DNA from: Oscillospiraceae bacterium
GTDB lineage: Bacteria > Bacillota > Clostridia > Oscillospirales > CAG-272
Direction of reading: 5' to 3'
NCBI GenBank assembly: GCA_015064805.1
Contig: SVRN01000009.1
Span: forward strand, 2,614-66,613
DNA: 64,000 nt
Shown: one piece after another, positions 12,025 through 20,715 of the stretch
Layout of the letters: every line of letters starts with the position of its first letter
Position numbering within the stretch: the stretch's first letter is position 1
The notes under the pieces: model-generated
The model's input: only the letters and a program-made list of their open reading frames with translations
Databases searched by the model: none
What the model was told of the DNA's origin: nothing
Program-made: the position numbers and the translations under genes

Positions 12025-14703
12025 ATGAAAAAATATCGTTATGACGTCACGGGAATGAGCTGTGCCGCCTGCGTCGGACACGTGGAGCGTGCCGCAAATA
12101 AGGTGCTGTTGAAGTTGATTCCCAAAGAAAAGAACGAAAAAAAAGAGGAAAAAAGGTACGACGTTACCGTCAGCCTTCTGACCTCGTCCATGACCATAGA
12201 GATTGAAGATACTATCGTAGAAAAGATAGGAAAGGACCGCATTGACCGCGCCTTGACGGAGGAGATCACCCACGCGGGCTATCACGTCAAGGCCGTCGAG
12301 GAGGGCAAGATCATCGAGCAAAAGGATGCCCGCGAGGCGGCCAAGCAGGACAAGCGCTCGCTCCGCCGCTCCTGGCTGCGCTGGACGCTCTCGGCGCTTT
12401 TGATGCTCATTCTGATGCTGTTTTCCATGGGGCCGATGTTCGGTCTTGTGCTGATTGAGGACAGCGTGCTGAACGCCCTCGTTCAACTGCTTTTGACCTT
12501 GCCCGTGCTCTGGCTCAATCGCCGCTATTTTATCGGCGGCTGGCGGGCGCTCATTCATTTTTCCCCCAACATGGACTCGCTCATTGCCATCGGCTCGGGC
12601 GCGTCGGCGCTGTACGGCGTGTTCGTGTTTGTCTGCATGATCATCGCTCAAATCAAGGGCGACGCGGGTGAAGTTCACGAGCTTGCCCATAATCTGTATT
12701 TTGAGTCGGCGGCCATGATCGTCACCCTCGTTACGTTGGGTAAAAATTTGGAAAAGGGCGCGCGCATCCGTGCCTCTGCCGCCATTCAAAAGCTGGCGAC
12801 CATGCTGCCTGAAACAGCAATAATTGTCCATAACGGAAAAGAGACGGAAATCCCGCTTTCAGCCGTTCGCGTCGGTGATATCGTTCTTTGCCGCGAGGGA
12901 GAGATCATCCCTATCGACGGTGAGATCGTGTTCGGCAAGGCCAGCATCAACGAGTCTGCGCTGACGGGCGAGAGCATTCCCGTCGACAAAAAGGAAGGTA
13001 ACAAGGTGCACGCCGCCTGCACTCTCGTTCAGGGCAGCGTGCGCATCCGCGCCGAGCAGGTCGGCCAGGAAACGGCTCTTTCGCACGTATTGAAGCTGCT
13101 TGAGGACGCGGCCTCCAGCCGCGCACCCGTGGCAAGACTGGCGGATAAGATCAGCCGCTGGTTCGTTCCCGCCGTTCTTCTTATTTCGCTCGCCACCCTC
13201 ATTATATGGATCGTATTGACCAAAAACGTAGGTCAGGCCTTGCAATTTTCCATCAGCGTCCTGGTCATTTCCTGTCCTTGCGCGCTGGGACTTGCCACCC
13301 CAACCGCCATTTTGGTGGCGACGGGACGAGGCGCCGAGATGGGCATTCTATTCAAGAGTGCCGAGGCGCTGGAAAAGCTGCACGCGGTCAATCGCGTCTG
13401 CCTTGACAAGACGGGCACCATGACCGAGGGTCAGCCCGAGGTCGTAGACTGCTTTGTTTATCAAGAAAAAGCCAATCTTCCTGCCATCCCCGGTGTCGAT
13501 GATAAAGAAAAAGAGGATGATATGATAGGCCTTGCGGCCGCAGTCGAGCGCCATTCGACCCATCCGCTCTCGCTGGCCGTCTGCCGCTTTGCACAGAAAA
13601 AAAACGTCGAGGTTCCCGAATCGACCGACTATAGATCCTTCATCGGTGAGGGCGTGAGTGCCAAGGTGAATGGCAAAATTTGTCTTGTCGGTAAGATCAA
13701 TCTGTTACAGCGTTACGGTTTAAAAAACAATCAAACGGCTTGGTTTGACGCCATCGAAGCACACGCGGGCAACAATGGTCAGACCGTCGTTTGCGTGGTA
13801 TATCATAATGAAATTTTAGGTGCGATCGCCATTGCCGACAGCATTCGCCCCGACACGCCTGCGGCAATCAAGCGATTGAGTGAGATGCAGGTTGGTGCGA
13901 TGATGCTGACGGGGGATAACGAGGCCGTGGCGGCCAACGTGGCGGCCCAGACGGGCATCGAGGCGTACCGTGCAGGTCTTTTACCGCAGGACAAAGAAAA
14001 AGCCGTCAGTGAAGAAAAAGAGAAGTTCTGCGTGGCCATGGTGGGTGACGGCATCAACGACGCCCCTGCCCTCGCTCGTGCTGACGTGGGCATTGCCATT
14101 GGCGCGGGCACCGACGTGGCCATCGATTGTGCCGACGTGGTGCTGACCAAAAATTCGCTCCACAGCGTGGCGGACGCCATCGCGCTCAGCCGCCGTTCTA
14201 TGACCTGCATTCGCCAGAATCTGTTCTGGGCGTTGCTGTATAATTCCATTTGTATTCCCGTCGCGGCAGGCGCCTTCAGCGCGCTGGGGCTGACGCTCAA
14301 TCCCATGATTGCGGCAGGTGCGATGAGCCTTTCTTCGGTCTGCGTGGTGGCAAATTCGCTCCGTCTGCGCCGCATCTCTCTGGAAAACGCACCCAAGGTC
14401 AAAGAGAAAAAAGAAAAAAAACAAAAGAAACAAAAGGAACAACAAGAATTACCCGAACCGAAAACGGAAGAACAAAGAATAAAGGAGATTTTTGAAATGG
14501 AAAAGGAAATCGTATTGTCTGTCAAGGGCATGATGTGCCAGCATTGTGTCGCACACGTCAAACGTGCGCTTGAGGCCGTCGAGGGCGTCAGCGCGGTCGA
14601 GGTATCGCTCGAAAACGCCAGCGCCACGGTAAAAGCCGCCGAAACGGTAGAAAAGAGCACCCTGGTCGCCGCCGTCGTCGCGCAGGGATATGAGTGCGAA
14701 TAA
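12025..14703 (+). CDS. copA: copper-translocating P1B-type ATPase with N-terminal and C-terminal HMA domains
   Basis: GMSCAACVGHV (N-terminal HMA), CPC motif SCPCALGLATP, DKTGT, GDGINDAP. After the last TM comes a Lys-rich linker, then a second HMA (GMMCQHCVAHVKRALE) in the same frame. Confidence 0.93.
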   Translation: MKKYRYDVTGMSCAACVGHVERAANKVLLKLIPKEKNEKKEEKRYDVTVSLLTSSMTIEIEDTIVEKIGKDRIDRALTEEITHAGYHVKAVEEGKIIEQKDAREAAKQDKRSLRRSWLRWTLSALLMLILMLFSMGPMFGLVLIEDSVLNALVQLLLTLPVLWLNRRYFIGGWRALIHFSPNMDSLIAIGSGASALYGVFVFVCMIIAQIKGDAGEVHELAHNLYFESAAMIVTLVTLGKNLEKGARIRASAAIQKLATMLPETAIIVHNGKETEIPLSAVRVGDIVLCREGEIIPIDGEIVFGKASINESALTGESIPVDKKEGNKVHAACTLVQGSVRIRAEQVGQETALSHVLKLLEDAASSRAPVARLADKISRWFVPAVLLISLATLIIWIVLTKNVGQALQFSISVLVISCPCALGLATPTAILVATGRGAEMGILFKSAEALEKLHAVNRVCLDKTGTMTEGQPEVVDCFVYQEKANLPAIPGVDDKEKEDDMIGLAAAVERHSTHPLSLAVCRFAQKKNVEVPESTDYRSFIGEGVSAKVNGKICLVGKINLLQRYGLKNNQTAWFDAIEAHAGNNGQTVVCVVYHNEILGAIAIADSIRPDTPAAIKRLSEMQVGAMMLTGDNEAVAANVAAQTGIEAYRAGLLPQDKEKAVSEEKEKFCVAMVGDGINDAPALARADVGIAIGAGTDVAIDCADVVLTKNSLHSVADAIALSRRSMTCIRQNLFWALLYNSICIPVAAGAFSALGLTLNPMIAAGAMSLSSVCVVANSLRLRRISLENAPKVKEKKEKKQKKQKEQQELPEPKTEEQRIKEIFEMEKEIVLSVKGMMCQHCVAHVKRALEAVEGVSAVEVSLENASATVKAAETVEKSTLVAAVVAQGYECE

Positions 14704-14715
14704 TTAAATTGATCA

Positions 14716-14750
14716 ATCGGCAGAGGCATTGTTTCCTCTGCCGATTTGTG
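14716..14750 (+). terminator. hairpin after copA (also the 5' hairpin of the transposase unit)
   Basis: ATCGGCAGAGG, 8-nt loop, CCTCTGCCGAT, then TTTG. Confidence 0.6.
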
Positions 14751-14773
14751 GTATCATAATGTGGGTGATGAAA

Positions 14774-15364
14774 ATGGAAAAATTAAAAAATCGTAAGAAC
14801 ACTCGCTTGAAGGGGGCGGATTATAATAGAAATCAAGCAGTTTTCCTAACAATATGTACGAAAGAAAGACAATGTCTGCTTTCCAAAATTGTAGGGACCG
14901 GCGTCCCCGACGGTCCTCAAATCGAATTAACAGAATACGGACAAACCGCGGATAAATACATCCATCAATTGAATGATTTTTACGACGATCTATCGGTCGA
15001 GAGTTATGTAATCATGCCAAACCATATTCATATTATGCTGTGGATAAAAGACATGGAAAACGGACCGTCGAGGACGCCGGTCACAGACGGACCGTCGAGG
15101 ACGCCGGTCACAGACGGACCGTCGAGGACGCCGATCACAGACGGACCGTCGAGGACGCCGGTCCCTACAGTACAGAATTCTGTTCCGTCGAGGTTCGTAT
15201 CTACGTTCAAAAGATTTTGTAATAAAGAATATGGAAAAAATATTTGGCAATATCGCTCCAATGATCATATCATCCGCAACCGTCATGATTATGAGGAGCA
15301 TTTGCGATACATTTATGAAAACCCCATACGTTGGTACTATGATGAATTATATGTTGAAGAATAG
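14774..15364 (+). CDS. IS200/IS605-type HUH-Y1 transposase, RAYT-like, carrying in-frame REP-derived repeats
   Basis: HUH motif YVIMPNHIHIMLWI and C-terminal Tyr region HDYEEHLRYIYENPIRW. Between them lies GPSRTPVTD x4, encoded by a 27-bp tandem REP hairpin. The start is ambiguous (ATG 14768 or 14774). Confidence 0.8.
   Translation: MEKLKNRKNTRLKGADYNRNQAVFLTICTKERQCLLSKIVGTGVPDGPQIELTEYGQTADKYIHQLNDFYDDLSVESYVIMPNHIHIMLWIKDMENGPSRTPVTDGPSRTPVTDGPSRTPITDGPSRTPVPTVQNSVPSRFVSTFKRFCNKEYGKNIWQYRSNDHIIRNRHDYEEHLRYIYENPIRWYYDELYVEE
14890..14916 (+). repeat. REP-1 hairpin (TGTAGGGACCGGCGTCCCCGACGGTCC) inside the transposase ORF
   Basis: GTAG followed by the GGACCG...CGGTCC palindrome. Confidence 0.85.
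15062..15170 (-). repeat. four tandem 27-bp REP-1 units, in-frame inside the transposase ORF
   Basis: GGACCGTCGAGGACGCCGGTC plus ACAGAC occurs three times. A complete GGACCGTCGAGGACGCCGGTCCCTACA then follows. Confidence 0.9.
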
Positions 15365-15466
15365 GTACCTATCCGTTCCCCAATGTATATGAAAATTGAA
15401 AGATATTCAGTTTCAATAAACAACCCCGACAGACCTTGAAAATCTGTCGGGGCTATTTTTATTTTC

Positions 15467-15491
15467 GGCGAGAGAAGGTCCTCGCCCTACA
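15467..15491 (-). repeat. REP variant (GGCGAGAGAAGGTCCTCGCCCTACA) at the 3' edge of the transposase unit
   Basis: Palindrome GGCGAG...CTCGCC followed by CTAC. Confidence 0.7.
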
Positions 15492-15498
15492 TTTCATT

Positions 15499-17607
15499 TT
15501 ATTGATAAAACGCATCCATCACTGCCGTGACGACGCTTGCCGCCGAGTTGGGGTAGACCTCGTTTTCCAGCACGACGCAAACGGCGATCGAGCCCTTTTG
15601 ATTGCCCGACGTCTGCACCTCGGGGGTGCCAAAGGCCAGAAGAACGGCGTGAGCAGGCTCGGACGTACCCGAAGGGGCAGACGCGCCGATACAGCCAAAG
15701 CTGACGCCCTGCGGCTTGAGCTTGGCGTATTGCGCCGAGAGGATCGCGTCCTTTTGCGCCATTTGTCCCATAGCGCGGATCAACAGCTGCTTGTTTTCCT
15801 GTGAGATGGTGAAGAAGGACAGCAGCTCTTTGGGCGTTTTTTGTACGACGTCACCGCTGGTGAAATTGCGGATCTCGTAAAGAAGATGACCGCGATAGCG
15901 CGTGCCGCCGTTGACGATGGAGGCAAACGCGGAGCAAAGCTGGGCGGGGGTGCTCGTCAGATCCGACTCACCAATGGCCGCCTTGAAGAGCGGCAGCTGA
16001 CGGTTGGGATCAAAAGAGGATATACTTCCCTCCCCTTCTGCAATCTCAATGCCCGTCGCTTGTCCAAAGCCGAGCATCGTTTCGTATGTTTGAAGCTTTT
16101 CCTGCCCGATCTTAAGACCAAGCTGGCCGAAGAACACGTCACAGCCGTCGATCAGTGCGGTCGACACGCCGAGATATCCGTGCGAATCGTCCTGCATATA
16201 TAAAAGAGGACAAATGACGGTGTAGCCGTCGACGGTCAGGGCGTTCTGATCCTTCCAAAGAGAAGATGGGGTGACGATATTTTCATTGAGCCCCGCGAGC
16301 GCCGTGCGAAGCTGCATCAGCTTGCCCGGGTAATACACGCCCGACAGCGCGCGGTTGAACATGGGCAGATCCTTGTCGGCCGCCAGATCCTCGTAGTCCT
16401 CGGAGAAGCTCGATGCGTCAAAGGTCGGCGCGCTGGCAATGGCCAGATACGCCCCCGAGTCGGGGTCGGTGACGACGACAGCGCCCTTGCGGGAATTGCT
16501 CGTTTCCAGCTCCAATCGCTCGCGCAGGGCGTCCTCGGCGACAATTTGGAGGCGAATATCGATGGTCAGGCGAACGTCCTGCCCCGCGGCGGGCTGCTTG
16601 ATGATCTCGGAGGATACCGTCCGTCCGTTTTCATCCACGAGAATTTTCATCTGTCCGTCCGTGCCGTGCAAAATGTGCTCAAAGGCACTCTCACAGCCCG
16701 ACACGCCCACGATCGCGTCCATGGGGTAGCCGAGCGCGTTGTAATAATCCCAATCCTCGGCAAAGATCTTATTGACGCGGCCGAGAATGTGGGAGGCGTA
16801 GCCGGGATAATGATAGATACGCTCGGAGCGCACGACCACGCGCACGCCCGAGATTGCGTTTTCCTTGTTGGCGGAGATCACGGCCGCGCTGACGTTGCTT
16901 GCCAGAACGTACTCGGCGGCGTTACCGCCAAAATCACGCACGTCCATGTCGTAATACAGACGGATCAGCGTCGTGATCTGCTCGTCCGTATAGGCGGGGA
17001 TACCGTCGATGCGGGCGCCGAGGGAGTATTTGTTGACGTAATAAGAGACGAGCGCACCCGCCGACGCGTTCGTGGACAGCTCGTTGCGGATCAATACTTG
17101 ATTGAGCCGCTTGGAGATCTTGCTGTCCGTATCCATCGCCTCGTCCGAATAGCTCAGATCGGGATACGTGCCCGAAAGGGGAAACGAATCCTCGCACAGC
17201 TTACCGTTTTCGTCGGCAGAAAAGGGCTCGACGAGAGAAAGTAAGGTTTTATTGCGAACGGACACACCCATCTCCTTGAAAAAGGGCTGATAGTCCAGCG
17301 TCAGATCGTAGGAATAGCGGTTGGTGACCAGCGGAAGACCGTTGCGGTCGTAGATCTCGCCGCGCATGGCCTGAATGGTGACCGTCTGCTCGGTCAGTCC
17401 GTCGGGCAGATTGGTCTTGTCGCGGTAGACCATATAAGCGTTACCCGTCACCTGCAGCGTGATAAGAATGGACAGGTACACGATGCAAACGACGATAAAA
17501 ACAGAGGCGAGAATGGTCAATCGACGCGAAAAGAGAGCGTGCGGCGTCAGCTTTTTCCCGCTTTTTTTCTTCTTTTCTTCTTTTTTTGGAAGCGGTATTT
17601 GCGACAT
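15499..17607 (-). CDS. class B penicillin-binding protein homologue (PBP2/MrdA-like) with degenerate transpeptidase motifs
   Basis: N-terminal TM anchor, a pedestal region and a transpeptidase-like domain. The SxxK position reads YYPGKLMQL, the SxN/SxD position reads DGCDVFF, and the KTG/KSG position reads FGCIGAS. Confidence 0.8.
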   Translation of the reverse strand: MSQIPLPKKEEKKKKSGKKLTPHALFSRRLTILASVFIVVCIVYLSILITLQVTGNAYMVYRDKTNLPDGLTEQTVTIQAMRGEIYDRNGLPLVTNRYSYDLTLDYQPFFKEMGVSVRNKTLLSLVEPFSADENGKLCEDSFPLSGTYPDLSYSDEAMDTDSKISKRLNQVLIRNELSTNASAGALVSYYVNKYSLGARIDGIPAYTDEQITTLIRLYYDMDVRDFGGNAAEYVLASNVSAAVISANKENAISGVRVVVRSERIYHYPGYASHILGRVNKIFAEDWDYYNALGYPMDAIVGVSGCESAFEHILHGTDGQMKILVDENGRTVSSEIIKQPAAGQDVRLTIDIRLQIVAEDALRERLELETSNSRKGAVVVTDPDSGAYLAIASAPTFDASSFSEDYEDLAADKDLPMFNRALSGVYYPGKLMQLRTALAGLNENIVTPSSLWKDQNALTVDGYTVICPLLYMQDDSHGYLGVSTALIDGCDVFFGQLGLKIGQEKLQTYETMLGFGQATGIEIAEGEGSISSFDPNRQLPLFKAAIGESDLTSTPAQLCSAFASIVNGGTRYRGHLLYEIRNFTSGDVVQKTPKELLSFFTISQENKQLLIRAMGQMAQKDAILSAQYAKLKPQGVSFGCIGASAPSGTSEPAHAVLLAFGTPEVQTSGNQKGSIAVCVVLENEVYPNSAASVVTAVMDAFYQ

Positions 17608-17653
17608 GACGGCACTCTCTCCTTTCCGTAAGATTTTTAAATTTACTTTTTCA

Positions 17654-18934
17654 TCAGACTAAAATAGCGCTGAGCAGCGTATTGACGAACAGATAGCCGC
17701 AAACGACCAGCGCGGCAATAACGCCGGGATTGACGATCGCGGTGCGCAGAGCCAGGCGACCGGGTAGCTGGCCCTCGTTCTTTTTGAGCGCGAACTTGTG
17801 GCGGCGAATGATAAAGAACACAACGCCAAGCGCGGCCAGCGCGTACTGTGCAAAGACGAACAGCAAAACGCCCAGCGTGCCGCCCAGGTGATTCATAACG
17901 TGCTGCGTGATGGCATCGAGCTGTTCGACGTTTTCGGGATTGTTGATCAGATCATTGACCAGTATCATCAGCGCGTCGTAGTCCGCCCAGTTCATCAAAA
18001 TCGTGGGCAGGACGCCGCCGAAGAAGTTGACGGCCATGTGGATGAGAATACAATGATGGATCTTGCCCGTTCTTGCATACAAAAAGGACAACAGCATGCC
18101 GAGCAGCGCGGCGTAGAAGAACTGATAGAAATTGCCGTGGAAGGCACCGAACAACAGGCCGTTGACGAAGATGGCGGCAAATTCGCCGTGCGGGAGCATA
18201 CGGTCAAGCAGCAGCTTGCGGAAGATGAGCTCCTCAAAAATGGGAGCGAGCACGACGGTCAGAAGCGCCGAGAACCAAAGAGGCAGATCCATGGTATCGT
18301 TGAGCTGATTGTAAAAATCAACGCCCGTGACGGTGCTCAGAATATCCATGATGTTGTTGCCGACCATACTGCCTGCCATCATCAGGGCCTGCGCCATAAA
18401 GAACAGTAGCATGAAATGGCCGAATTTGAGCTTTTTCTTTTCAATCACGGCACGAGGACGGTTGAAAATGATCAAAAACAGCAAGGGCATGCAGATGACG
18501 TACAGCGGTAGCGTGCCAAGCATCGTGGAAATGATGCCGTTTTCGATCAGCTCGGGGGCAAAGAGCTCCATGAGTACGTAGAGGATCGAGCTGATGGCGA
18601 TCCAGGCGATGGTGATGATGGCGACGCCCCAGCCGAGGTGGCTGTAGGTGCTTCTCATGCGGCGGCGCTCGGGGCCAAAATCAAACGGCGAGGGGGCAGG
18701 TGCGGGCTCGGTCAAAGCTTCACCGTCGGTGGCGGGAGCTTCTTTCTCGGCTTCCGGCGTTACGTCGGTGACCTCGTCGTTGACGGAGGATTCGATAGGT
18801 TCGGTGATTTCAGTTTGGTTTTCAACAGCGTCATTCGTTATCTCAGGCTGTTCCGGCTTTTGAGGTTCTTCCGTTTGAGGAAGATTAAAGGAGTAAAAAT
18901 CAAAGTTGGGGTTGGAATTTTTGTTTTCGTTCAT
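17654..18934 (-). CDS. CPBP-family intramembrane glutamic endopeptidase with an acidic N-terminal extension
   Basis: Motifs EELIFRKLL, FGAFH and HMAVNFF are all present. About 100 aa of acidic, Pro-rich N-terminus precede the TM domain. Confidence 0.85.
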   Translation of the reverse strand: MNENKNSNPNFDFYSFNLPQTEEPQKPEQPEITNDAVENQTEITEPIESSVNDEVTDVTPEAEKEAPATDGEALTEPAPAPSPFDFGPERRRMRSTYSHLGWGVAIITIAWIAISSILYVLMELFAPELIENGIISTMLGTLPLYVICMPLLFLIIFNRPRAVIEKKKLKFGHFMLLFFMAQALMMAGSMVGNNIMDILSTVTGVDFYNQLNDTMDLPLWFSALLTVVLAPIFEELIFRKLLLDRMLPHGEFAAIFVNGLLFGAFHGNFYQFFYAALLGMLLSFLYARTGKIHHCILIHMAVNFFGGVLPTILMNWADYDALMILVNDLINNPENVEQLDAITQHVMNHLGGTLGVLLFVFAQYALAALGVVFFIIRRHKFALKKNEGQLPGRLALRTAIVNPGVIAALVVCGYLFVNTLLSAILV

Positions 18935-18980
18935 GGGAAGTCTCCTTTCGGTGGGGTAGGGGGTAGGGGGATGGGGACAA

Positions 18981-19588
18981 GTTTATCTGAATTTCATGCT
19001 ACTTCTCCTCTTGACGCGCACACAGCTTTGCGCGTGCGCTGTGCTGTTTTGATGTTCATTCTTTCTCATCCGAGAAAGAACGAACCAAGAAAGAGGACTT
19101 AAGGGCCTAATGCCCTTAAGAAACCCGCAAGACTTGCCGCTTTTGCTATCTTTTGGTGGTTACCAAAAGGCGTTGTGGCATTTGCAATTTTTGCGCAACG
19201 AAATCCAAAGATTCCGTTGCTACTGCAAGCAGGCTATCGTTTTCCGCTTTATTCCGTGCCGCGCTGCAAAGAGAAAGACGAGAAAAACATAAAAGTTTAT
19301 CCTGCGTCTCTCGCCGCTTTGCCACCACGCGCGGCAGGCGGAGGAAGAAAAAGTTTTTTTCTCGGTAGGGGCTGGCGCCTCGACAGCCCGTTTTGGTGGC
19401 AGGCGGAAAAAAGCAAAATCGTTTTTGCTTGAAATTTTGTTGAACCAGGGGGCGTCGCAGATAGTTAAAGCATTTGCTTTCGCTCGTTGCGTACGTCTTC
19501 CGTGTTTGCAAGTTTCTTTAACTTGCAAATGCAAAAGCTGAAGACGCTTGACTTCGCGAAAAAATGAGCAGAGCGAAGTGTCGCGCCA
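18981..19588 (+). repeat. HME copy 5 (right arm missing)
   Basis: The left arm, the E module with REP-3 (19196-19223), the G block, REP-2 (19365-19389) and the I and J modules are present. The K and C modules and the end are absent on the right. Confidence 0.8.
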
Positions 19589-19662
19589 AAAAGAAAATAA
19601 GCAGTAAAAAATCTTATCCTTATTTAACAATACGAATCTATGCTCCAAATGGCAACAAATTC

Positions 19663-20637
19663 TTATTTTTTTTCATTTACAGCTCTTTGCAGACCGTTGA
19701 TCACACAGTCCCCACACTCGGGTGCGGTGGTCACTCTCATGCCAATGTTATTGGCGATCACCTTGGCAAGACCGGGCAATTTTGCACTCTCACCGCACAA
19801 AACGGGACCCGTCGCGGCAATGTCCGCGCTCAATTCGGGCGGTGCCGCCTCAAGCGTCGCACGCATTAAGTGAATGATACGGGCGATCGGCTTGCGCAAC
19901 GCCTCCGCTACGTCTGCCGAGGATATTTCAGCCGTCGTCGCCAGACCGTTCTGTACGCTTCGTCCGCTGACCATCAGCGCGCCGCGGTCGATGGACGGGT
20001 GCGCCGTGCCGATGCGGCATTTGATGGCGTTTGCCGATTGCTCACCGATGATCAGACCGTAGGCCGAGCGCAAATGCGCAATGATGGCGTGGTCAAATTC
20101 GTCGCCTGCCGTGCGTCCCGTGCGGGCGCTGACGATGCCGTTGTAGCAAAGGACGGCCGCCTTGGTGGTGCCGCCGCCAATGTCAACGATCATGCTGCCG
20201 TGAGGGCTGGCGATGTTGAGTCCCGCGCCGTACGCGGCAGCAACCGCGTGGGGGATCAGACGAACCGAGCGTGCGCCTGCGTCGCGAATGACGTCCTCCA
20301 GCGCGCGGCGCTCCACCTCGGTAATGCCGTGGGGGATGGAAACGACGACGGTGGGGCGCTGTAAAAAGCCCAGTGCCTGCGCCTGCTTGAAAAAGGTATT
20401 GAGCATAACGACGGCCAGGTCGTAGTCGGCAACGACGCTGTTTTGAAGCGGTCGGCAGGCGCGCACGTCAGCGGGGGTGCGGCCAAGCATGGGCAGCGCG
20501 TCCTTACCGATGGCGATGGGCTCACCGCTGCGGGTGTTGACGGCGATCGCCGAGGGAAAGCGCTGGATGAGCACGTGCTCCTGACGGCTGATGCGGGTAT
20601 GCGTTGTGCCGAGGTCGACGGCCAGAGGGGATGACAT
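19663..20637 (-). CDS. mreB: MreB/Mbl-family actin-like protein (divergent)
   Basis: AVDLGTTHTRI, MLGRTPADVRACRPLQNSVVADYD and DIGGGTTKAAV motifs. Start moved to ATG 20637 (MSSPLAV) behind AAAGGAG. The longer ORF-track N-terminus lies in repeat DNA. Confidence 0.85.
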   Translation of the reverse strand: MSSPLAVDLGTTHTRISRQEHVLIQRFPSAIAVNTRSGEPIAIGKDALPMLGRTPADVRACRPLQNSVVADYDLAVVMLNTFFKQAQALGFLQRPTVVVSIPHGITEVERRALEDVIRDAGARSVRLIPHAVAAAYGAGLNIASPHGSMIVDIGGGTTKAAVLCYNGIVSARTGRTAGDEFDHAIIAHLRSAYGLIIGEQSANAIKCRIGTAHPSIDRGALMVSGRSVQNGLATTAEISSADVAEALRKPIARIIHLMRATLEAAPPELSADIAATGPVLCGESAKLPGLAKVIANNIGMRVTTAPECGDCVINGLQRAVNEKK

Positions 20638-20715
20638 AGAAGACTCCTTTCTTTTCGCGAGGCGAAAGTTTGGGATGATATATGGAAATGGGTAATTTGC
20701 AATGGTAAGGGGGGA

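Larger units (their letters stand above)
14716..15491 (+). mobile_element. IS200-like unit: 5' hairpin, HUH-Y1 transposase, 3' hairpin and terminal REP
   Basis: The 5' hairpin CGGCAGAGG...CCTCTGCCG lies at 14718-14743 and the 3' hairpin CCCCGACAG...CTGTCGGGG at 15424-15452. Both are shared with the cassette at 60507-61284. Confidence 0.65.

Noticed and set aside
15062-15170. The 27-bp tandem repeat as evidence that the transposase gene is a frameshifted pseudogene.
   Set aside because: The unit length is a multiple of three and the ORF stays open from the HUH motif through the catalytic Tyr region. I therefore kept it as a CDS. Whether the protein is active is left open.
19110-19292. A family of similar small ORFs (MPLRNPQDLPL...FGGYQKALW...; ...FATTRGRRRK...; ...GASPYRE...). 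They recur at 19110-19292, 20834-21088, 24506-24730, 31098-31442, 5738-6061, 44507-44803, 58148-58594 and elsewhere.
   Set aside because: They recur only because the underlying HME DNA recurs. They appear in several frames and on both strands of the same element, lack ribosome-binding sites, are broken differently in each copy, and consist of translated palindromes.
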